Positions 36,858-47,678 of a stretch of 54,253 bases of DNA are shown here, piece by piece. This DNA comes from a virus (lineage: Duplodnaviria; Caudoviricetes): positions 1-54,253 of IMG/VR virus record IMGVR_UViG_3300025018_000183. The stretch is one strand, 5' to 3'. How positions within the stretch are numbered: position 1 is the first letter of the stretch; the number at the start of each line of letters is the position of its first letter. Both the position numbers and the translations under genes were made by a program. The notes under the pieces are model-generated. The model ran no database searches and was not told the origin of the DNA. It saw nothing but the letters and a program-made list of their open reading frames with translations.

Positions 36858-38752
36858 TGGGGCTGCCTAGTTTATATCAAGAAGTAATTCATATGTCGCG
36901 TTATTCGAAATACCGCGATGATTTTGATTCACCGCGCCGCGAAGTATGGACAGAGACCATGCAGCGCTGGTATGACTTTTGGATTATAAGATATCCTGAA
37001 TATGAATCTTTACTCGAAGAATGCCGTGAATCTATTTCAAATCTAGAAACAATGCCATCAATGAGATCATTGATGACTGCTGGTGTTGCTCTTGAACGAG
37101 ACAATATTGCTGGATATAATTGTAGTTATCTGCCAATCGAACACCCAAGATGTTTCGATGAATTAATGTACATTCTAATGAATGGTACCGGGGTTGGATT
37201 TAGCGTAGAGCGACAATATGTAAATCGATTACCAGAGATTGCGGAAACATTTCATAATACCGATACAACAATCGTTGTATCAGATTCAAAGATTGGATGG
37301 GCGTCTTCGTATCGCGAATTGATTAGTCTATTATATGCAGGTAAAATTCCTAAATGGGATATGAGCAAAGTTCGCCCAGCTGGCGCAAGACTTAAAACTT
37401 TCGGCGGCCGGGCCTCTGGTCCAGAACCACTCGAAAAACTATTCCGATTCACAGTAAATACGTTCAAGAAGGCCGTCGGTAGAAAGCTTAATTCGATTGA
37501 GTGTCATGACATTGTATGTATGATCGCTGAAATTGTTGTTGTTGGTGGTGTACGCCGTTCTGCATTAATCTCATTATCCAATCTATCTGACGATCGCATG
37601 AGATCAGCGAAATCTGGTAGTTGGTGGGTAGAAAATGTACAGCGATCATTATCAAATAACTCATACGTAGTCGATGAAAAACCAGATTTTGGTGTGTTTC
37701 TAAATGAATGGTTATCACTACATGAATCGAAGTCAGGTGAACGTGGTATCATTTCACGATATGCGTGTCGTAATATTGCGAAGCGAAATGGCAGACGCGA
37801 TCCAGATCATGAATGGGGTACGAATCCATGCGCTGAAATTATTTTAAGACCATATCAATTCTGTAATCTATCCGAAGTTGTTGTACGCTCGGATGATACA
37901 CTGGATACTCTAAAGAAAAAGGTGCGTATTGCAACTATCATTGGTACGTTTCAGTCAACGTTAACCGATTTCAAATATCTTCGTAAGAAATGGAAACAAA
38001 ATTGCGAAGAGGAACGTTTGCTTGGTGTAAGTATGACTGGTATTTATGATCATGAAATTATGAGCGGTCGTAAAGGGCATGATCTACTCTATAACTGGTT
38101 GTCTGAGTTGTTGAAAGTATCAATTGACGTAAATGATGACCTTGCATCGCAATTGGGCATTAATCAGTCAACGGCAATTACTTGTGTAAAACCGTCGGGC
38201 ACAGTATCACAGCTCGTCGACAGCGCAAGTGGTATTCATCCAAGATTTGCGAAGCATTACATTCGTCGAATTCGTCAAGACAAGAAAGACCCATTGACAC
38301 AATTTCTTATTGATAATGGAGTTCCATACGAACAAGATGCATCAAACCCCACGAATTTTATCTTCGCATTTCCAATTAAGTCGCCTGATACGTCACTAAC
38401 AGTAAATGACGTTGATGCGATCGAACAATTAAAACTGTGGGAAGCGTACGCCAAGCATTGGTGCGAACATAAACCATCAATGACTACTTATTATAATGAC
38501 GATAACTTCCTTGATGTGGGATCGTGGGTATGGAACAACTTTGACGAAGTATCGGGGATTTCGTTCATGCCATACGTCGATCATAATTATCCACAGGCAC
38601 CATACGAAGCTATTGATGCTAAGACATACGAAATGTTAGTTTCAAAAATGCCAAACGAAATTAATTGGGAACAATTGCGTGATTATGAGACTAACGATCA
38701 TACAACAAGTTCACAGGAATTCGCATGTCAAGGTGGTGCTTGCGAACTATAA
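36857..38752 (+). CDS. nrdJ: ribonucleotide reductase, class II (B12-dependent) type
   Basis: [26 protein letters not shown]-terminal CQGGACEL; no nrdB nearby. Confidence 0.85.
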   Translation: MGLPSLYQEVIHMSRYSKYRDDFDSPRREVWTETMQRWYDFWIIRYPEYESLLEECRESISNLETMPSMRSLMTAGVALERDNIAGYNCSYLPIEHPRCFDELMYILMNGTGVGFSVERQYVNRLPEIAETFHNTDTTIVVSDSKIGWASSYRELISLLYAGKIPKWDMSKVRPAGARLKTFGGRASGPEPLEKLFRFTVNTFKKAVGRKLNSIECHDIVCMIAEIVVVGGVRRSALISLSNLSDDRMRSAKSGSWWVENVQRSLSNNSYVVDEKPDFGVFLNEWLSLHESKSGERGIISRYACRNIAKRNGRRDPDHEWGTNPCAEIILRPYQFCNLSEVVVRSDDTLDTLKKKVRIATIIGTFQSTLTDFKYLRKKWKQNCEEERLLGVSMTGIYDHEIMSGRKGHDLLYNWLSELLKVSIDVNDDLASQLGINQSTAITCVKPSGTVSQLVDSASGIHPRFAKHYIRRIRQDKKDPLTQFLIDNGVPYEQDASNPTNFIFAFPIKSPDTSLTVNDVDAIEQLKLWEAYAKHWCEHKPSMTTYYNDDNFLDVGSWVWNNFDEVSGISFMPYVDHNYPQAPYEAIDAKTYEMLVSKMPNEINWEQLRDYETNDHTTSSQEFACQGGACEL

Positions 38753-38925
38753 CGCCATGTATTGGCGTATGTCGAATTGATTCACCGACCGATTTATGCA
38801 TTGGTTGCAAAAGAACGCGTGCAGAAATCGGTCGGTGGTCTCAATTAACTGACGATCAGAGAAATGATATAATGAAATTATTATGTGATAGGAGAGCGAA
38901 TGATGAACAGTCAATGTTCAAATAA
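38725..38925 (+). CDS. DUF1289-like Cys-rich protein
   Basis: TPCIGVC...CIGCKRT..EI..W. Confidence 0.75.
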   Translation: MSRWCLRTITPCIGVCRIDSPTDLCIGCKRTRAEIGRWSQLTDDQRNDIMKLLCDRRANDEQSMFK

Positions 38926-39352
38926 TAAATGGGATTATAGGTTCATGAATATCGCTCGCGAAATTTCAACCTGGTCGAAAGACCCATCAACGCGTGTGGG
39001 TGCAGTATGTGTAAGAAATCGTCGAATATTATCGACTGGGTATAATGGGTTCCCGCATGGTGTTAGTGATAATGAACGCCTCAACGATCGACTAGTGAAA
39101 TACCAATTAACAGTACATGGGGAAATGAACGCAATTTACAATGCAGTACATCATGGTATTTCTTTAAACGATTCGTCGTTATACGTTTATGGTCTACCTA
39201 TCTGTTCGGAATGTGCTAAAGGTGTAATACAGAGTGGAGTGCGTCATGTCGTCTATACCGCATGCCATGCTGATAATTATTGGGATGAACATTTTTTGCG
39301 TAGTAAAGCGATGTTCGATGAATCTGGTGTTACTTATCTAAAGCTTCCGTGA
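38900..39352 (+). CDS. cd: dCMP deaminase
   Basis: [21 protein letters not shown]. Confidence 0.92.
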   Translation: MMNSQCSNNKWDYRFMNIAREISTWSKDPSTRVGAVCVRNRRILSTGYNGFPHGVSDNERLNDRLVKYQLTVHGEMNAIYNAVHHGISLNDSSLYVYGLPICSECAKGVIQSGVRHVVYTACHADNYWDEHFLRSKAMFDESGVTYLKLP

Positions 39353-39770
39353 TATGTAATCGCTTAAGATGCGAACGATGAATCTTACCGCCGACGAACG
39401 AATTGTAATATTCATTCGGCTTCAATAGAACATCACGAGTAATCTGCTCTTTCATTTCAAGATATGACATTTCACCCTTTGATTTACATAAATGTATAAT
39501 CTCTCGATAAAATCTAGATAATCCGTGCTGTTCAACTAGAGATTTTACTTCAGCAGATGATCCACAGTATACACGCCAATCGGATTCACGAATCAGCGTT
39601 CGTTTACGCGTTTTACCTTTTAATGGTGGCTTGCGTATTTTCGAATAGAAGTTTTTCTTACCGATATATTTCATTCCGTTTTCGTTGTCTGTTACACAAT
39701 AGACGAAGCCGATATAATCTGTATCGATGAAGTTTTCGGTGTTGAATGGTTGACTTTTATAGTACCACAT
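39330..39770 (-). CDS. GIY-YIG-like nuclease
   Basis: GFVY...KYIGKK; minus-strand TATAAATA at 39804-39811. Confidence 0.8.
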   Translation of the reverse strand: MWYYKSQPFNTENFIDTDYIGFVYCVTDNENGMKYIGKKNFYSKIRKPPLKGKTRKRTLIRESDWRVYCGSSAEVKSLVEQHGLSRFYREIIHLCKSKGEMSYLEMKEQITRDVLLKPNEYYNSFVGGKIHRSHLKRLHITEALDK

Positions 39771-39778
39771 GATATAAT
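39750..39778 (+). promoter_or_regulatory. sigma70 promoter
   Basis: TTGACT-17nt-TATAAT overlapping the start of the antisense gene. Confidence 0.7.
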
Positions 39779-39823
39779 AGTATTTGTAGCAATATGTTAT
39801 TAATATTTATAGGAGGATATAAC

Positions 39824-40003
39824 ATGACAGTAATGCGTTTGAAATCAACTGGTGAAGTTGTTCATGTATTAGCTTCGCATGGTAATTGGTATGATTGTTT
39901 ATTTCGTTTTAAGAAAGTATCAAAGAAAGGAAATCGCGGCGTTGTTCAGTCAGTACGAAAGGAGAAACTTGAAGAAGTAAAACAAGGTTATCATTATGGC
40001 TGA
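39824..40003 (+). CDS. small hypothetical protein
   Basis: AGGAGG RBS. Confidence 0.7.
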   Translation: MTVMRLKSTGEVVHVLASHGNWYDCLFRFKKVSKKGNRGVVQSVRKEKLEEVKQGYHYG

Positions 40004-40970
40004 GATTTACGCAGGCGAGTTTCGATTAAACGAAACAAACGAAAAATCAAATGGCGGTACCGAAAGATTAACTCGTGAATTATCGACGAAGATCGATTCT
40101 TCCTTACTTAAGGAATTCCAAATCATATCGTCTCGTGTACGCGAATTGAACGATGATCTAATTCGTGTCTTTTGGGCGCATGATTTACCCGGTGATCCCG
40201 AATCTGAATTTCTACGTGATAAAGCTAATCATAGTATGTTTCATATGTATGTATTTGTCTCTAATTGGCAGATGCAGGGGTATATTGAAAGATACGATTT
40301 ACCGTGGAATAAATGTATAGTGTTGCAAAATGCAATTGAGCCAATTCAATTCAATAACGATAAATTTAAAGAAGATAAGATTCGTTTAGTATATACATCA
40401 ACGCCACACCGCGGTCTAAATATACTGTTTCCTGTTGTTGCTGCATTATCTAAAAAATTTGACAATATTCATCTAGACGTGTTTTCATCTTTTGATTTAT
40501 ACGGATGGAAGGCGCGTGACGAACCATATATGCAATTGTTCGATAACATATCAAATCATTCACATATGACATATCATGGTTCTCAGCCAAACGATGTTGT
40601 GCGTGATGCAGTATCGAAAGCTCATTTTTTTACATATCCATCGACGTGGCGAGAAACGTCTTGTCTGTGCCTGATCGAGGCGATGTCGGCGAATCTGATC
40701 TGTGTTCATTCGAATTATGGTGCGTTATATGAAACGTCGAGATATTGTACTCCGATGTATCAGTATGTTGACGATTGGGGTCAACACACAACTGTATATT
40801 ATCGTTTAATGCACTATCTCCTGAGCAATTATCAGACAGTCGCGAATGTTAGAATGAATAGTGATTATCAATGGTCTACTACGAATGACTTACATTCGTG
40901 GGATAATGTGAGTAGATCGTGGGAGTTACTGTTGCTGAATTTACTTGATGCTCGTAATGCTAGCAAATAA
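39996..40970 (+). CDS. GT-B (GT4-like) glycosyltransferase
   Basis: GGTE, YTSTPHRGL, ETSCLCLIEAM, GALYET. Confidence 0.85.
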   Translation: MAEIYAGEFRLNETNEKSNGGTERLTRELSTKIDSSLLKEFQIISSRVRELNDDLIRVFWAHDLPGDPESEFLRDKANHSMFHMYVFVSNWQMQGYIERYDLPWNKCIVLQNAIEPIQFNNDKFKEDKIRLVYTSTPHRGLNILFPVVAALSKKFDNIHLDVFSSFDLYGWKARDEPYMQLFDNISNHSHMTYHGSQPNDVVRDAVSKAHFFTYPSTWRETSCLCLIEAMSANLICVHSNYGALYETSRYCTPMYQYVDDWGQHTTVYYRLMHYLLSNYQTVANVRMNSDYQWSTTNDLHSWDNVSRSWELLLLNLLDARNASK

Positions 40971-41205
40971 TATAATCGTCTTTCCAACAAAGGATGTTGT
41001 TGATCCACTTGAAAATATGGCTGATGATATTATGTGCCATATTTTCACTGTTCTAAACGGCGCGCCGTTTGACACGACTAGTTATCGAAACGAATCGGAT
41101 GTGTCGTTGTTGTTTGAATCCATAAGATCTATGTTACTCCGAACCGAGAATCGCGATCATCCACTACAGGATATTGTTGATAAAATTGAACAAAAGACTA
41201 AGTAG
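40957..41205 (+). CDS. hypothetical protein
   Basis: NIIVFP...ESIRSML...HPLQ. Confidence 0.65.
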   Translation: MLANNIIVFPTKDVVDPLENMADDIMCHIFTVLNGAPFDTTSYRNESDVSLLFESIRSMLLRTENRDHPLQDIVDKIEQKTK

Positions 41206-41258
41206 TTGATTCGTTTTTCGTTTAAACAATTGACAAACCACGTCGAATGTGGTAAAAT
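41197..41258 (+). promoter_or_regulatory. reduced cassette: one IHF-like site plus promoter
   Basis: TAAGTAGTTGATT; TTGACA 41230, 17 nt, TAAAAT. Confidence 0.65.
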
Positions 41259-41281
41259 AGTAATTTAAATATGAGAACTAT

Positions 41282-41449
41282 ATGAAGAAGTGGAATTCAT
41301 TAGCGCAATTGAAAGATCATATCGAGAGCGATAAGTCTGGTGAATTTGTCATCGAATTTAACGGCGTTTATTTGATCACAAATAGAGCTCGATATAGTAT
41401 TATCCATGGTCAATTAATTACTCATAGAGTAGATGCACCTGTTTCATGA
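41282..41449 (+). CDS. 55-aa hypothetical protein
   Basis: MKKWNSLAQLKDHIE...; first ORF after promoter. Confidence 0.55.
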   Translation: MKKWNSLAQLKDHIESDKSGEFVIEFNGVYLITNRARYSIIHGQLITHRVDAPVS

Positions 41450-41637
41450 AACGCTAGCTATGGACGAAGAGCTCGAATTGAGGGAATTCATAACCACATG
41501 TGGTTTATGCTTTAGTTAGTTGTCGCGAATATTTAAAGTGTCATATTCTGCCCGCGTATGAAGAGTGTAAATTAACCCGGGCGCTCAATACATCAGAGCC
41601 GATAATTTTGATTTGTTTACAGTAACAGGAATTTCAA

Positions 41638-42081
41638 ATGATGTATCGTCAACCGGGTAATCGCATTCTTCGTAATGCAATACGTACTCCTGATGGAACA
41701 ATTCTTGAAAGTACATTTCGTTGGGATTATCGTGGTCACTTGGATACCGTGAATAATGTATATTATACAGTCGACGGTGGACTCGATTATCTTAAACGAT
41801 CAGGTGGGTTCTTCGAAGATCTTACACTAACAGAACAAACACCACATTATATTCTACGTGAATATGTTACATGGGGTGTATGGAATAGTAAGAAAGCCCG
41901 ACATGATCCTAAAGCAATTTGTTCTCTTAGTCTTTCGCACATTCATAACATTCTTACAAAATTAGATCGTGAAACGATATACCCACAGATAGTCGATTTG
42001 CTTGAAAATGAAATACTGTATCGTGATCGTTGGGCCAAGAATAATATACTCTTCAATGAGAAGAAGGAAGATGAATTATGA
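41638..42081 (+). CDS. phage hypothetical protein
   Basis: NAIRTPDGT.LES, VDGGLDYLKR. Confidence 0.75.
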   Translation: MMYRQPGNRILRNAIRTPDGTILESTFRWDYRGHLDTVNNVYYTVDGGLDYLKRSGGFFEDLTLTEQTPHYILREYVTWGVWNSKKARHDPKAICSLSLSHIHNILTKLDRETIYPQIVDLLENEILYRDRWAKNNILFNEKKEDEL

Positions 42082-42950
42082 TGATACTCGATTTAAATCA
42101 GGTTCTAATCTCTAACTTGATGGTGTCGATTAAAATGGGCTGCGGTTGTGAAGTTAACGAAGATCACATTCGTTACATGGTTCTTAATTCGATTCGTACA
42201 AATAGAATGAAATTCAGTAATAAATTTGGTGAATTGATTATTGCCGCAGACGATATGAATTATTGGCGCAGAGATAGCTTTCCTTACTACAAAGCCGCTC
42301 GTAAAAAGAATCGCGATAAATCGCCACATGACTGGAAAGCAATCTTCACAATTTTAAGCATGATTCGCGAAGAGATACTTGAATACTTGCCATACCGCCT
42401 CATTCGTATCGATCAAGCAGAGGCCGACGATGTCATTGCTACTCTTGTTCAATTTTATGGGCGTGAGCTCGGTGGCGATCCGATTTTGATATTGTCAGCT
42501 GATAAGGATTTTCAGCAGCTTCAGAAATATTCAAATGTTGAACAGTATGATCCTACACGGAAGCGCTGGTTGAAATGCAATTCACCACGAAGATTTCTAA
42601 TGGAGCATATTATTCGCGGTGATGTTGGTGACGGCGTTCCAAATATTCGAAGTGATGATGACGTCTTTATTGTAAGTAATAAACGACAAAAACCATGCGC
42701 GGAAGTAAAAGTTTCCGCTTGGCTGGATGAACTAAATAGTAAGGACGCCAAGGATGTTTTCGATGAAGCGTTATATCGAAACTGGTGTCGCAATAAACGA
42801 TTAGTTGATTTGACGGAAATACCCGACAACATTCGTGCTGCTGTTTTAAAATCGTATCATGAGCAAGCAAATCAGTCGAGATCAAAATTGTTTAACTATT
42901 TCATCAAATATCAACTTCGCAATTTAACTGAATGTATCAGCGATTTTTAA
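42078..42950 (+). CDS. rnh: T4 RNase H (5'-3' exonuclease)
   Basis: YWRR..FPYYK, EADD, SADKDFQQL, GDVGDGVPN. Confidence 0.93.
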   Translation: MMILDLNQVLISNLMVSIKMGCGCEVNEDHIRYMVLNSIRTNRMKFSNKFGELIIAADDMNYWRRDSFPYYKAARKKNRDKSPHDWKAIFTILSMIREEILEYLPYRLIRIDQAEADDVIATLVQFYGRELGGDPILILSADKDFQQLQKYSNVEQYDPTRKRWLKCNSPRRFLMEHIIRGDVGDGVPNIRSDDDVFIVSNKRQKPCAEVKVSAWLDELNSKDAKDVFDEALYRNWCRNKRLVDLTEIPDNIRAAVLKSYHEQANQSRSKLFNYFIKYQLRNLTECISDF

Positions 42951-42962
42951 GGAATACGCAAT

Positions 42963-43412
42963 ATGAATATATCTATGCCAACAGTAAGTAAAATTTTAAA
43001 GGACGCGAATTCAATTCGGAGCAAAGCAGATAGAATTAAGTTTCTGCGTTCGCATAAACAGAATAAAGCAATGGTGACATTGCTTCAACTAGCGTTTGAT
43101 CCGACCATTATTTTCCACCTCCCAAAAGGCGAACCACCATATAAACCATCTGAAGTTGATACTGAGAACACGATGCTTTACCGAGAAATTCGTCGATTAT
43201 ATATCTTTATCATGGATGATATGAAAATCAGTAATGCTAAACGCGAACAGATTTTCGTCGAGATTCTTGAGACGATCGATCCTGAAGATGCGAAGCTATT
43301 AATTGCCGTGAAGGATAAGACGATTCCATATAAAGGAATCACAAAGAAATTGATTGAAGAAACCTTTCCCACACTTATTTCGAAAGATGTAAACAATGAG
43401 CAAAACACATAA
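42963..43412 (+). CDS. conserved T4-like hypothetical protein
   Basis: LPKGEPPYKP, KREQIF..ILE. Confidence 0.8.
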   Translation: MNISMPTVSKILKDANSIRSKADRIKFLRSHKQNKAMVTLLQLAFDPTIIFHLPKGEPPYKPSEVDTENTMLYREIRRLYIFIMDDMKISNAKREQIFVEILETIDPEDAKLLIAVKDKTIPYKGITKKLIEETFPTLISKDVNNEQNT

Positions 43413-43572
43413 GAAGACGTATAAGCACGAGGAGCAGTTATTCACAGATCATGGGCGTGAATCAAGAAACAATGATCGTCACATTGAGAAACGATTAAAG
43501 AATGCGTTAAGATCTAATGATGTTGATGAATTATTTAAAGTTGATGACGAATATGCCGACATACGTTTTTAG
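43396..43572 (+). CDS. 58-aa hypothetical protein
   Basis: MSKTHKKTYK...; fills gap and overlaps both neighbours. Confidence 0.55.
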   Translation: MSKTHKKTYKHEEQLFTDHGRESRNNDRHIEKRLKNALRSNDVDELFKVDDEYADIRF

Positions 43573-43777
43573 AAATAGGGATACCCGTGAAGAAAAAGAA
43601 ATCTTCATGAGTATCTCTCAACTAGACGATTATCGTAAAAACAATCTAAACGAAGAATTAGTTATTGGCGTGAGTAAGTTTATATCAGGTTATGGTCTAA
43701 AACCTGATAATGGATTTCGTGATGTTTTGAAAAAAATAAAGAAAGCAAACCCAAGATCCAAAATAAACGACTTCTAA
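43553..43777 (+). CDS. FmdB-like small protein
   Basis: MPTYVF..., KPDNGFRDVLKKI; precedes phoH. Confidence 0.7.
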   Translation: MPTYVFRNRDTREEKEIFMSISQLDDYRKNNLNEELVIGVSKFISGYGLKPDNGFRDVLKKIKKANPRSKINDF

Positions 43778-43798
43778 TAATAATAATAAAGGGTATGT

Positions 43799-44536
43799 AT
43801 GTCATTGACCAAACGAGAGAGACGTAAGCTAAGACGGCGTGGGTTAAATACTGGTGATGATGTAATTGCTGCAAAAGGAATGAATCTTTTACAAGTTGAA
43901 CCGAAGACATGGAATCAGGATTTAACTTTTAATGCATATCGAGACGATAAACATTTATTGATCCATGGATGTGCTGGAACTGGTAAAACTTACATATCAA
44001 TGTATCTAGCATTAAATGAAATATTTTCAAAACAAAGCACATATAAGAACTTAACAATTGTGCGTAGTGCAGTAGCGACGCGTGATCTTGGGTTTCTTCC
44101 AGGAAAAGAAGAAGATAAAATCGGTGTATACGAACAACCATATCGATCTATATGCAATGAACTTTTCTCGCGAAGTGACGCGTATGATATATGTAAAGAA
44201 AAGGGTTTGATCGATTTTATGTGCACATCATTCGTCCGCGGTTTGACGCTACGAGATACGATTGTTATAATAGATGAAATGCAGAATATGACTGGTCATG
44301 AATTGAGCACAATTATCACTCGTTTGGGTGATAATTGTCGTGTTTTATTGTGTGGTGATTTTCGTCAGAGTGATTTAAAGAATGTACGTGATCGTGAAGG
44401 GCTATCTAACTTTATGAGGATAATTGATCGGGTTGAAGATTTTTATCACCTAGAATATACTCGTCATGATATTGTTCGTAGTAAATTAGTTCGCGATTTT
44501 ATTATCGCTGGAGAAGATCTTGGCATTTCACTATAA
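43799..44536 (+). CDS. phoH: PhoH-family ATPase
   Basis: GCAGTGKT, LGFLPG, RGLT, DEMQN, GDFRQSD. Confidence 0.93.
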   Translation: MSLTKRERRKLRRRGLNTGDDVIAAKGMNLLQVEPKTWNQDLTFNAYRDDKHLLIHGCAGTGKTYISMYLALNEIFSKQSTYKNLTIVRSAVATRDLGFLPGKEEDKIGVYEQPYRSICNELFSRSDAYDICKEKGLIDFMCTSFVRGLTLRDTIVIIDEMQNMTGHELSTIITRLGDNCRVLLCGDFRQSDLKNVRDREGLSNFMRIIDRVEDFYHLEYTRHDIVRSKLVRDFIIAGEDLGISL

Positions 44537-45194
44537 TCTATTTGAATCATCGAAAATCGTGCGCAGTGAACGATCAACTGGGCGTGTATATATTACGCCT
44601 GAAAACAACGAGTATGTTTCTGTTACTAATGCGCTTTCTTATTTTTCGAAGAAAGGTATCGATCGATGGAAAGATCGTATTGGTCATGCCGAAGCAAATC
44701 GTATCGCCGGTACTGCGGCTAAACTAGGAACAACGGTTCATGATTTACTCGAGAGATATATTCTCGGTCACGATACTTCATCGTATAAAATAAGCAATCC
44801 AATTGCATATGAACGATTTGTGCATATCATGAATTCTCTTAATGAAAATGTCACTGATGTTTATGGTGTAGAGATACAGATGTATTCGGATGAAATTCGA
44901 GCTGCTGGTACATGCGACCTACTGTGTAAGTTTAATAATAAGAAAACGGTTTTAGATTATAAGACGTCACGGCGCGTAAAAACGAAGGAACAGATCTTTA
45001 CATATTTTATGCAAGGCGCTGCATATGCAATCATGGCAAAAGAACGATATGATTTCGAAGCCGAGCAGATTGTTATTGCGATCACTGTCGCTGATGAAGG
45101 TTTATTATTGTTTGTTGAACCAATAGCAGAATGGGCGCCAATGACGAAAAAATTCTTCAAACTATATAATCAAGGAAAATTGATAAATGGATAA
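44520..45194 (+). CDS. PD-(D/E)XK exonuclease
   Basis: SVT, GTTVH, AGTCD, DYKTS, QGAAYA. Confidence 0.88.
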   Translation: MAFHYNLFESSKIVRSERSTGRVYITPENNEYVSVTNALSYFSKKGIDRWKDRIGHAEANRIAGTAAKLGTTVHDLLERYILGHDTSSYKISNPIAYERFVHIMNSLNENVTDVYGVEIQMYSDEIRAAGTCDLLCKFNNKKTVLDYKTSRRVKTKEQIFTYFMQGAAYAIMAKERYDFEAEQIVIAITVADEGLLLFVEPIAEWAPMTKKFFKLYNQGKLING

Positions 45195-46227
45195 GATTGT
45201 TGAAGGTTTGGATTTTGATGATGTTTTAATTGTTCCATGTGACACGTCATATGTTCGTTCGAGATCATATGTTGATTTGGATCGAGTATTTGAATTGAAT
45301 GGGTATCTATTCAAAATTAAACCTATCGTCGCCTCAAACATGGACGGTGTCGGCACGCTATCCATGGCAAGTGTTTTAACTGATCATGCAATGTTAACGT
45401 GTCTTACAAAGAATACACCAATTGATCAAATTCGACATACATTATGTCATAGCGAACTATTGACCGCAGTGAGTATTGGTGTATGTAATAAATCATATGA
45501 AATATTGAATGATTTACAAAAGTACGAAAGGACTATAGACAAACCTATATGGTTTAACATTGATATCGCAAATGGGCATTGTTCATCTCTAGCTGATATG
45601 GTTGCGTATGTGCGCGATATGTTCAGTGATTCAATTATTATCGCAGGCAATGTCGTAACTCATAAGGCCGTTGAGATTCTTGCTAAATCGGGCGCAAATG
45701 TCGTTAAAGTTGGTATTGGCTCTGGTTCAGCATGTACGACACGATTAAAGACAGGCGTTGGGTATCCTCAATTATCAACAATCATGAATTGTATACATGC
45801 GGCGCATGATAATGGGGCATATTTAATGTCAGACGGTGGATGCAAGAATGCTGGTGATGTCGCAAAGGCATTAGTTGCTGGCGCTGATTTTGTAATGCTC
45901 GGTGGCATGCTAGCCGGACACGCCGAATCAGAAGGTGATATTCTTGAAAATGAATCTGGTAAAATGGTAGTCGAGTTTCATGGTATGAGTTCGACGATCG
46001 CAAACCAGTCGTATTCAGGTGGCTTAAAAAATTATCGAACGTCTGAGGGTCGCGAAATGTTAATTCCATATCGTGGACATGTTAGACATACCGTTGAAGA
46101 TATTTGTGGTGGACTGCGGTCGGCGTGTACATATACAAATAGCACGACAATTCGTGATTTGCGTAGAGCGAATTTCGTTCGTACTACACAACAATATAAT
46201 CGTGTATTTGCTGAGTATAGTATATAA
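45187..46227 (+). CDS. guaC: GMP reductase
   Basis: SNMDGVGT, DIANG, KVGIGSGSACTTR..TGVGYPQLS, SDGGC, GGLRSACTY. Confidence 0.9.
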   Translation: MDKIVEGLDFDDVLIVPCDTSYVRSRSYVDLDRVFELNGYLFKIKPIVASNMDGVGTLSMASVLTDHAMLTCLTKNTPIDQIRHTLCHSELLTAVSIGVCNKSYEILNDLQKYERTIDKPIWFNIDIANGHCSSLADMVAYVRDMFSDSIIIAGNVVTHKAVEILAKSGANVVKVGIGSGSACTTRLKTGVGYPQLSTIMNCIHAAHDNGAYLMSDGGCKNAGDVAKALVAGADFVMLGGMLAGHAESEGDILENESGKMVVEFHGMSSTIANQSYSGGLKNYRTSEGREMLIPYRGHVRHTVEDICGGLRSACTYTNSTTIRDLRRANFVRTTQQYNRVFAEYSI

Positions 46228-46250
46228 TAGCTCGTGTTATGATTATCACG

Positions 46251-46371
46251 TAACTTATTGATTTTATTATAGTTTCGATATATCTCATGTAACCTATTGA
46301 TTTTGTTCAGAAAATTATTTTCACAAATTTATCATAAAACTATTGACAAAGCGGTCTGGATGTGATAGAAT
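46251..46371 (+). promoter_or_regulatory. cassette copy: twin IHF-like sites plus promoter
   Basis: TAACTTATTGATT, TAACCTATTGATT; TTGACA 46343, TAGAAT 46366. Confidence 0.8.
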
Positions 46372-46482
46372 GGTATCTATAAATTCAATGTCATTAACTA
46401 CTAATGATGTTAATGCTTTCATTTCAAAGGTTGCTCGTAATTGGTTTAATGATCGGTTAAACAGTGAATAAGGAATTTAATT

Positions 46483-46749
46483 ATGAATGATGAAGTGCAC
46501 CCTATTCTGCCGATTCATAGTCGTGTCGAGACCGAATATGGTTTTGGCACTGTTATCGAATATGAAATCATTTGGGACTGGGACAGATATGGTAATGATC
46601 ACAAGATTAATCGTTCCTGTCAGGTTAGGAAAGATGAGATCTCCTATATTCTCCAACTCAGACATCGTATTAGACTTGACTCGCGTGACAGATGGCCATT
46701 CCCATACGATCCAGTGATGTTTGGTTCTGATCTATCCACTGATGTTTGA
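46483..46749 (+). CDS. hypothetical protein
   Basis: AAGGA RBS. Confidence 0.6.
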   Translation: MNDEVHPILPIHSRVETEYGFGTVIEYEIIWDWDRYGNDHKINRSCQVRKDEISYILQLRHRIRLDSRDRWPFPYDPVMFGSDLSTDV

Positions 46750-46779
46750 TTCTGATCTAAAAAAAAAAGGTAAGCTAAA

Positions 46780-47088
46780 ATGAAATTACTTCGTAATATG
46801 TTTATCATCGCCTTTCTTGTCGTATTAAGCGGTTGCGTGGTTGTCACCGAAAGTGACATACCGACGAATACATTCACTTTGCAATTGAGCACTTTCGGGG
46901 ACCCATATTCAATTATTATGTGGAATCGTCAGTATTGTGGCGACTTACGATATGTGCGTTACAATCAACCTCGGCGATGCTTTTATTACAACCGACATGA
47001 TCCGCGTTACCATTATGGGAACTGTGCGATCGTCGTTGACCGTTTTGGTCGTTATACGAAGGACTGTCGCCCACGATATTATCATTAG
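46780..47088 (+). CDS. lipoprotein
   Basis: signal peptide with LSGC lipobox. Confidence 0.7.
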   Translation: MKLLRNMFIIAFLVVLSGCVVVTESDIPTNTFTLQLSTFGDPYSIIMWNRQYCGDLRYVRYNQPRRCFYYNRHDPRYHYGNCAIVVDRFGRYTKDCRPRYYH

Positions 47089-47193
47089 ATGGGCTGATTA
47101 TTGTGCTCATCAGTTTCAAGTAAATCAAATTTACTTCACGGTGGAAATCAAACATCTTCGTCGCGAAGTTGAGAGAGTGACAACAGTGTATTC

Positions 47194-47325
47194 TAAGTAG
47201 TTGATTTTGTTCTAGAACACTCTAAGTGGTTGATTTTATTCAGAAATTATTTTCGTATTTTCGTGAAAAAAATATTGACATAGCAGATCGGATGTGGTAT
47301 AATAGTATCAACAAATCGGAAAACG
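47194..47325 (+). promoter_or_regulatory. cassette copy: twin IHF-like sites, promoter, leader
   Basis: TAAGTAGTTGATT, TAAGTGGTTGATT; TTGACA 47275, TATAAT 47298. Confidence 0.8.
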
Positions 47326-47375
47326 CATATGTAATTGAAGCGAACTTGTATCTGACGATTGATTAAGGTCAATTC

Positions 47376-47678
47376 ATGATGAATATTGAAAAACTGAAGA
47401 CTTATATTAATGGGGATGCGAAGACTGATGTTGCATATCGATCAGCGTTTTCGCCGTTCCGCGGATGTGAGCCGGTCAGCGGCCGTGCTAGCAAGTATGT
47501 TGAGGGTTATTATGCTGGTCTGCTGAATGCGGTGTTTCGTGTAATCGATAGGAATGAAGAAAAAACTGGGTCACAGATTGCACTTGAAATTGAAAAACTT
47601 TTCAATACGATTGACGGTATTTTGAGCGCAGAAGAGGAAGAGGCTAAGGCTAATGAACAAGGTTTTTGTGACGAGTGA
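47376..47678 (+). CDS. early hypothetical protein
   Basis: first ORF after cassette promoter. Confidence 0.7.
   Translation: MMNIEKLKTYINGDAKTDVAYRSAFSPFRGCEPVSGRASKYVEGYYAGLLNAVFRVIDRNEEKTGSQIALEIEKLFNTIDGILSAEEEEAKANEQGFCDE

Noticed and set aside
16666-38752. Introns or inteins in gp43, gp41 or the RNR
   Set aside because: The ORFs are continuous and of normal length, with no intein motifs noticed.
44520-45194. Cas4 implying a CRISPR system
   Set aside because: No four-cysteine cluster pattern and no array; it is the usual exonuclease next to phoH.
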